Positions 60,454 to 64,000 of a stretch of 64,000 nt of DNA are shown here, piece by piece. Below the pieces are notes generated by a model. The model did no database searches. It was not told where the DNA came from and saw only the letters and a program-made list of their open reading frames with translations. Every line of letters starts with the position of its first letter. The first letter of the stretch is position 1. The translations under genes were made by a program, and so were the position numbers. Origin of the DNA: Candidatus Latescibacterota bacterium (GTDB lineage Bacteria; Latescibacterota; UBA2968; GCA-2709665); assembly GCA_965219995.1 (NCBI GenBank), contig CBDCOX010000002.1, forward strand, positions 544,001 through 608,000, read 5' to 3'.

Positions 60454-61299
60454 ATGGGCGAAACGTTAACGCTACCGGCGCACTACTACCGGCAGCACGA
60501 CGCGGACCTGGGCGCGGACATTCCCGGGAGGGGATACGCGGGATGGACCACACGGATGCTGGATGTGCCGCTCGAAAGGACGGCGCTGGTCAGCATGCAT
60601 GCCTGGAATCCCGGTCTGGTCGACGAGATCCCGCCCGGCCCCGGGTCGCCGTACGACGGCTGGTTCCGCATGGTGGAATATCTGCCGAGGGCGATGAAAA
60701 TATCGCAGGACGTGTTTCCGCCGCTGCTGCGGGCGGCGAGAGGAGCCGGATTGCCTGTTATTCACGTTGCATCGAGTGAGAGCTATACTGCGTCTTACGA
60801 CGAATACCAGCGCATCAAGGCGATGGCGGGAGACGCCCCGAACGCGGCCCCGGGCGCCATTGACGATGCATTGAAGAAGCAATGGCAGGCGGAACGGGGC
60901 CGGCAGATGACCGGCGCCCACAACCAGCCGGATATCGCGGCCGGATTCAAGCATATCGACTTTGCGCCGCAGGCGGTTCCGGAAGCCGGAGAGCCCGTGG
61001 TGATCAATTCCCATCAGCTCAACGCGGTATGCCGGGAACGGGAAATCTGGCACCTGATCTATATCGGGTTCGCCATCAACTGGTGCCTTCTCGCCAGTCC
61101 GGGCGGGATGATCGACATGGGGCGGATGGGGTACGTTTGCTCGACGATCCGGCAGGCGACGACGGCGGTGGAGAACGGGGAGAGTTGCTCGGAGGAGTGG
61201 GCCAAGGAGATCGCGCTGTGGCGGGTGGCGCTGATGTTCGGCTACGTGTTCGACGTGGACCCGGTACTCGATGCCCTGGGTCAGCTTTCGGATGATTGA
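60454..61299 (+). CDS. Isochorismatase-like cysteine hydrolase (putative)
   Basis: AAAGGAGG RBS; TALV, LLRAARGAGLPVIH, YIGFAINWC. Confidence 0.6.
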   Translation: MGETLTLPAHYYRQHDADLGADIPGRGYAGWTTRMLDVPLERTALVSMHAWNPGLVDEIPPGPGSPYDGWFRMVEYLPRAMKISQDVFPPLLRAARGAGLPVIHVASSESYTASYDEYQRIKAMAGDAPNAAPGAIDDALKKQWQAERGRQMTGAHNQPDIAAGFKHIDFAPQAVPEAGEPVVINSHQLNAVCREREIWHLIYIGFAINWCLLASPGGMIDMGRMGYVCSTIRQATTAVENGESCSEEWAKEIALWRVALMFGYVFDVDPVLDALGQLSDD

Positions 61300-61334
61300 C
61301 GGGGCATGGAAATCGCGACCGGGCATGAGACCGC

Positions 61335-61997
61335 CTACAGCGCCGCGACCAGGGCGAACCCTCCGACCACGAGCAGCGAGACGGCCCAGATCAGGTCGAA
61401 GTTGATCCATTTCCGGCGCAGCACCGCGAGTCCCAGTTTGCGGTACACGATCCACGCGACGGCGCCCATAACGAGCCACATGGCGAGCGTATGGATGCCG
61501 ACGGCGAGGAAGACGTTCGCCATGGATTCCGTATTGGAAATCCCGTGGCCGTGGTGGGGGCTCGCCACGCCCAGAAGGGCGGGAATCACCATCAGCCCGG
61601 CGCCGTGCGCGGTGGCCATCAGGAACGACCAGGCGAACAGGTCGCCCGCGCCTACTTTCATGCCCACCCACCTCGGGTGTCTGTAGTAGTTGAACAGCTT
61701 GTAGAACCCGAAGGCGATCAGGACGAGGGCCGTCGTCCACTGCAGTGCGGACTGGGAGATCAGATGGAGGCCTGCCAGCACGAGGGTGGCCGCGAGGGCG
61801 ATCGAGGCGGCGTGGCCGGCGGCGATGGGGAACAGCGACGTCCAGACGGCGCGTCCGCTGTTCTGCTGCAGACCCAGGGACAGCGCGAACAGCCAGCCCA
61901 TCCCCGGATTCAGTCCGTGAAAGGCGCCGAAGCCGATCATCGCCAGCCACGGGCCCAGCCCGTCAGGAAGGGTAGCAGAAAGAGTCGGTAGAGGCAT
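61335..61997 (-). CDS. Membrane protein associated with the selenium-binding protein gene
   Basis: GAFHGLNPGMGWLFA, MATAHGAGLM; overlaps the SBP56 3' end. Confidence 0.75.
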   Translation of the reverse strand: MPLPTLSATLPDGLGPWLAMIGFGAFHGLNPGMGWLFALSLGLQQNSGRAVWTSLFPIAAGHAASIALAATLVLAGLHLISQSALQWTTALVLIAFGFYKLFNYYRHPRWVGMKVGAGDLFAWSFLMATAHGAGLMVIPALLGVASPHHGHGISNTESMANVFLAVGIHTLAMWLVMGAVAWIVYRKLGLAVLRRKWINFDLIWAVSLLVVGGFALVAAL

Positions 61998-63366
61998 CTC
62001 CTCCTTCCAGGCGGACCTGGTGGACGCGTGTTTCGCCGAACTCGACGAAGAACCCGGGGTCCAGTTCCAGGCCTCCGTCCGGGTCGGCGTTCGCTTTGGT
62101 CATCCAGCCGTCCATTCCGTCCGGATAGAACTGGTCGTCCCAGGCGCTGTAGAGGGAATTGGTAAAGTAAATCCTGCGTCCGTCGCGGCTGACCTCCACC
62201 ATCTGAGGTCCGCCCGTCAATGAGCCGTTACGCTTCGCGTGCGGCTCTTTGTTTACGATGCCTCCGATTTCAACCTTGCCGGTCAGAACCGGCCGGAACG
62301 GATCGGAAACGTCGTACTGATGCAGTTCGCCCAGGCCCCAGCACGAGACGTACAGAAATCGGTCGTCCAGCGAGAGATCGATATCGGTGACCAGCGGCGG
62401 CACGGCCTCGAACCCCTTCAGCAGGGGCGGCAGGTCCGCCGCGTCGGCCGGCGCCGCCGGAATCGTGATGACCTTTTGCATCCGCCAATCGCCGTCTTCG
62501 CGGAACCAGGTCCAGATGGACGCGGACAGGTCCGCCGTACTGATCACCGCCCCGGCGAATCCGTGGGTCTTCCGCGGATCGTGCGCCGGCCGGAGCTCCA
62601 GGAGCATCTGGTTCTCGGGTCCGATGTCGACGGACGCGTCGAGCCGGCGCTTTCTGAGGTCCCAGAAATGAAGCCGGTGGCCGTATTTGTTCGCGAGCAG
62701 GTCCTCGGGCACGACCCCGTTCTCGAACTGCTCCGGGGTGCCCCATTCGCTGCTCATGAGCACGTCCTCAGCCAGGTGCCACCAGAAGTCGTAGGCCAAC
62801 TCCTGGGATCCGCGATGGATTTCCCAGGGACCGATTACGTCGAAACTGAAGTGGTCCAGCAGGAAGATGCCTCCCGGACCGTCCGTGCCGTTCGCCGGAC
62901 CCAGCGCGCTGACGTAGATCGCGTCGGGGCCGCAATGTACGGTGTGGGGCCGGCTGTACCCGGACCTTTTCATGAGGTCTTCGGGCTCGATGATCTTGAC
63001 GATGTGCGGCGCGGCGGGGTCCGGCCTGGTATCCACAATGTAAATGCGCGACGAGCGAAGACCCGGCAGGATCAGGTAGCGCCGTTCCAGGTGGGGATGG
63101 GGCGCGTAGGGACACAGCGCCGAACTGCAGGCGTTCCAGCCGAAGTGGTGGAGTTCGTCCCCCACATTGGGCATTTCAAGGGTGTATATCGTCTGGCCGC
63201 AGGTCGAGGATTGCACGTCGAGATCGACAACGCACAGCGCATCCGGCCGATCGTTTACTCCGGTATTGAGCGCCGTCACGTAACCGTACCGTTCGGGCGG
63301 GGCCTGCATGGCCATTTTGGCCGACGGATAGAAGGACGGGTCCGGTTTCCAGAGAGGCATTGTCAT
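61963..63366 (-). CDS. Selenium-binding protein SBP56 family (methanethiol oxidase-like)
   Basis: DPSFYPS, DELHHFGWNACSS, YDFWWH, SEW, GGPQM, LYSAWD, GGDAS. Confidence 0.92.
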   Translation of the reverse strand: MTMPLWKPDPSFYPSAKMAMQAPPERYGYVTALNTGVNDRPDALCVVDLDVQSSTCGQTIYTLEMPNVGDELHHFGWNACSSALCPYAPHPHLERRYLILPGLRSSRIYIVDTRPDPAAPHIVKIIEPEDLMKRSGYSRPHTVHCGPDAIYVSALGPANGTDGPGGIFLLDHFSFDVIGPWEIHRGSQELAYDFWWHLAEDVLMSSEWGTPEQFENGVVPEDLLANKYGHRLHFWDLRKRRLDASVDIGPENQMLLELRPAHDPRKTHGFAGAVISTADLSASIWTWFREDGDWRMQKVITIPAAPADAADLPPLLKGFEAVPPLVTDIDLSLDDRFLYVSCWGLGELHQYDVSDPFRPVLTGKVEIGGIVNKEPHAKRNGSLTGGPQMVEVSRDGRRIYFTNSLYSAWDDQFYPDGMDGWMTKANADPDGGLELDPGFFVEFGETRVHQVRLEGGDASTDSFCYPS

Positions 63367-63414
63367 TCGACCTTTTTCTAAAGGGTTATCGGATGCCGAC
63401 CGGGTACGGCGCTC

Positions 63415-64000
63415 TCAGAGCTTGAGATAACCGACGGTCTGAGATTCGGAGACAACGGCGTCTCCACGAACGACGAGCCGGGAGCCGTGTGCCACGAGAC
63501 AGGCATCGACGGTGTCATCCGCGACTCGGACGTGGGCGAACTCGGCGTCGGTTTCGATGCCATCAAAGGCAAACGCGCTGTCCGGCGCGGCGGTAATGAC
63601 CGTGTCGGTCGCTGCGTCGCCCCGGATGCGGATGGCGCATCCGGACGCGTCTCCGGCCGCGTCGATTTCGGGAGGAGACGAGCCGCTGCGGTACGGGACA
63701 AGCGCGACAACGCAGAACAGCGGGTTCCAGAACCAGTCGTAGCGTAACCGGGGATGGTCGTGAAAGACATCCTCCTTCCAGCGGCCCGGCCACGGAGTCG
63801 CGATCCGGACGTCGCACAGGTTTCCGTGTCTTCCGCCCATGATCGTGAAGTGGTCCCGGCCCAGTTCGACGCGGTTTTCCGCGGCCGTGTGCAGCAGCCA
63901 CGACAGGATCGGCCGGTCCGGCATCTCGAAATCCAGACGGTCGACAACGATCACCGCCGCGGGCGCGCCGCCCACATCCGGCAGGCATAGCGCCCGTCGG
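63415..64000 (-). CDS. C-terminal part of a hypothetical protein, truncated by the window edge
   Basis: Open frame running to the window edge, upstream of SBP56; no clear motif. Confidence 0.45.
   Translation of the reverse strand, partial: RRALCLPDVGGAPAAVIVVDRLDFEMPDRPILSWLLHTAAENRVELGRDHFTIMGGRHGNLCDVRIATPWPGRWKEDVFHDHPRLRYDWFWNPLFCVVALVPYRSGSSPPEIDAAGDASGCAIRIRGDAATDTVITAAPDSAFAFDGIETDAEFAHVRVADDTVDACLVAHGSRLVVRGDAVVSESQTVGYLKL

Noticed and set aside
61963-61965. Selenocysteine readthrough at the SBP56 TGA
   Set aside because: The protein already ends at the usual family C-terminus and SBP56 is not a Sec-containing protein

Overview
High-GC bacterial chromosomal window. The many Gfo/Idh/MocA oxidoreductases, PhyH dioxygenases, a sulfatase and PQQ/NHL propellers resemble heterotrophic FCB-group lineages such as Latescibacterota; this lineage call is inference only. 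Housekeeping content: dppABC, rplM-rpsI-rpsB-tsf-frr (no pyrH), dapL, a BamA/TamA-family operon, a MazEF-like TA pair, an rqlH/rqlI-like RecQ-PRTase + DprA pair, a secreted TldD/TldE-like pair, a RipABC-like MaoC/CitE/CoA-transferase trio and an SBP56 gene. Most notable structures: (1) a ~2.7 kb AT-richer island bracketed by a 306-bp direct repeat of the 3' end of a deaminase gene, encoding an HNH nuclease, a tandem restriction-endonuclease-fold-like protein and a minimal nucleotidyltransferase (candidate undescribed defence system); (2) a ~255-nt structured transcript with its own promoter, terminator and an 11-codon ORF upstream of rplM; (3) two inverted 242-bp elements with near-palindromic ends flanking a 7.2 kb segment; (4) a promoter-led 567-bp tandem array built from several different REP-like palindromes. 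All calls were made by eye; no database searches were run.
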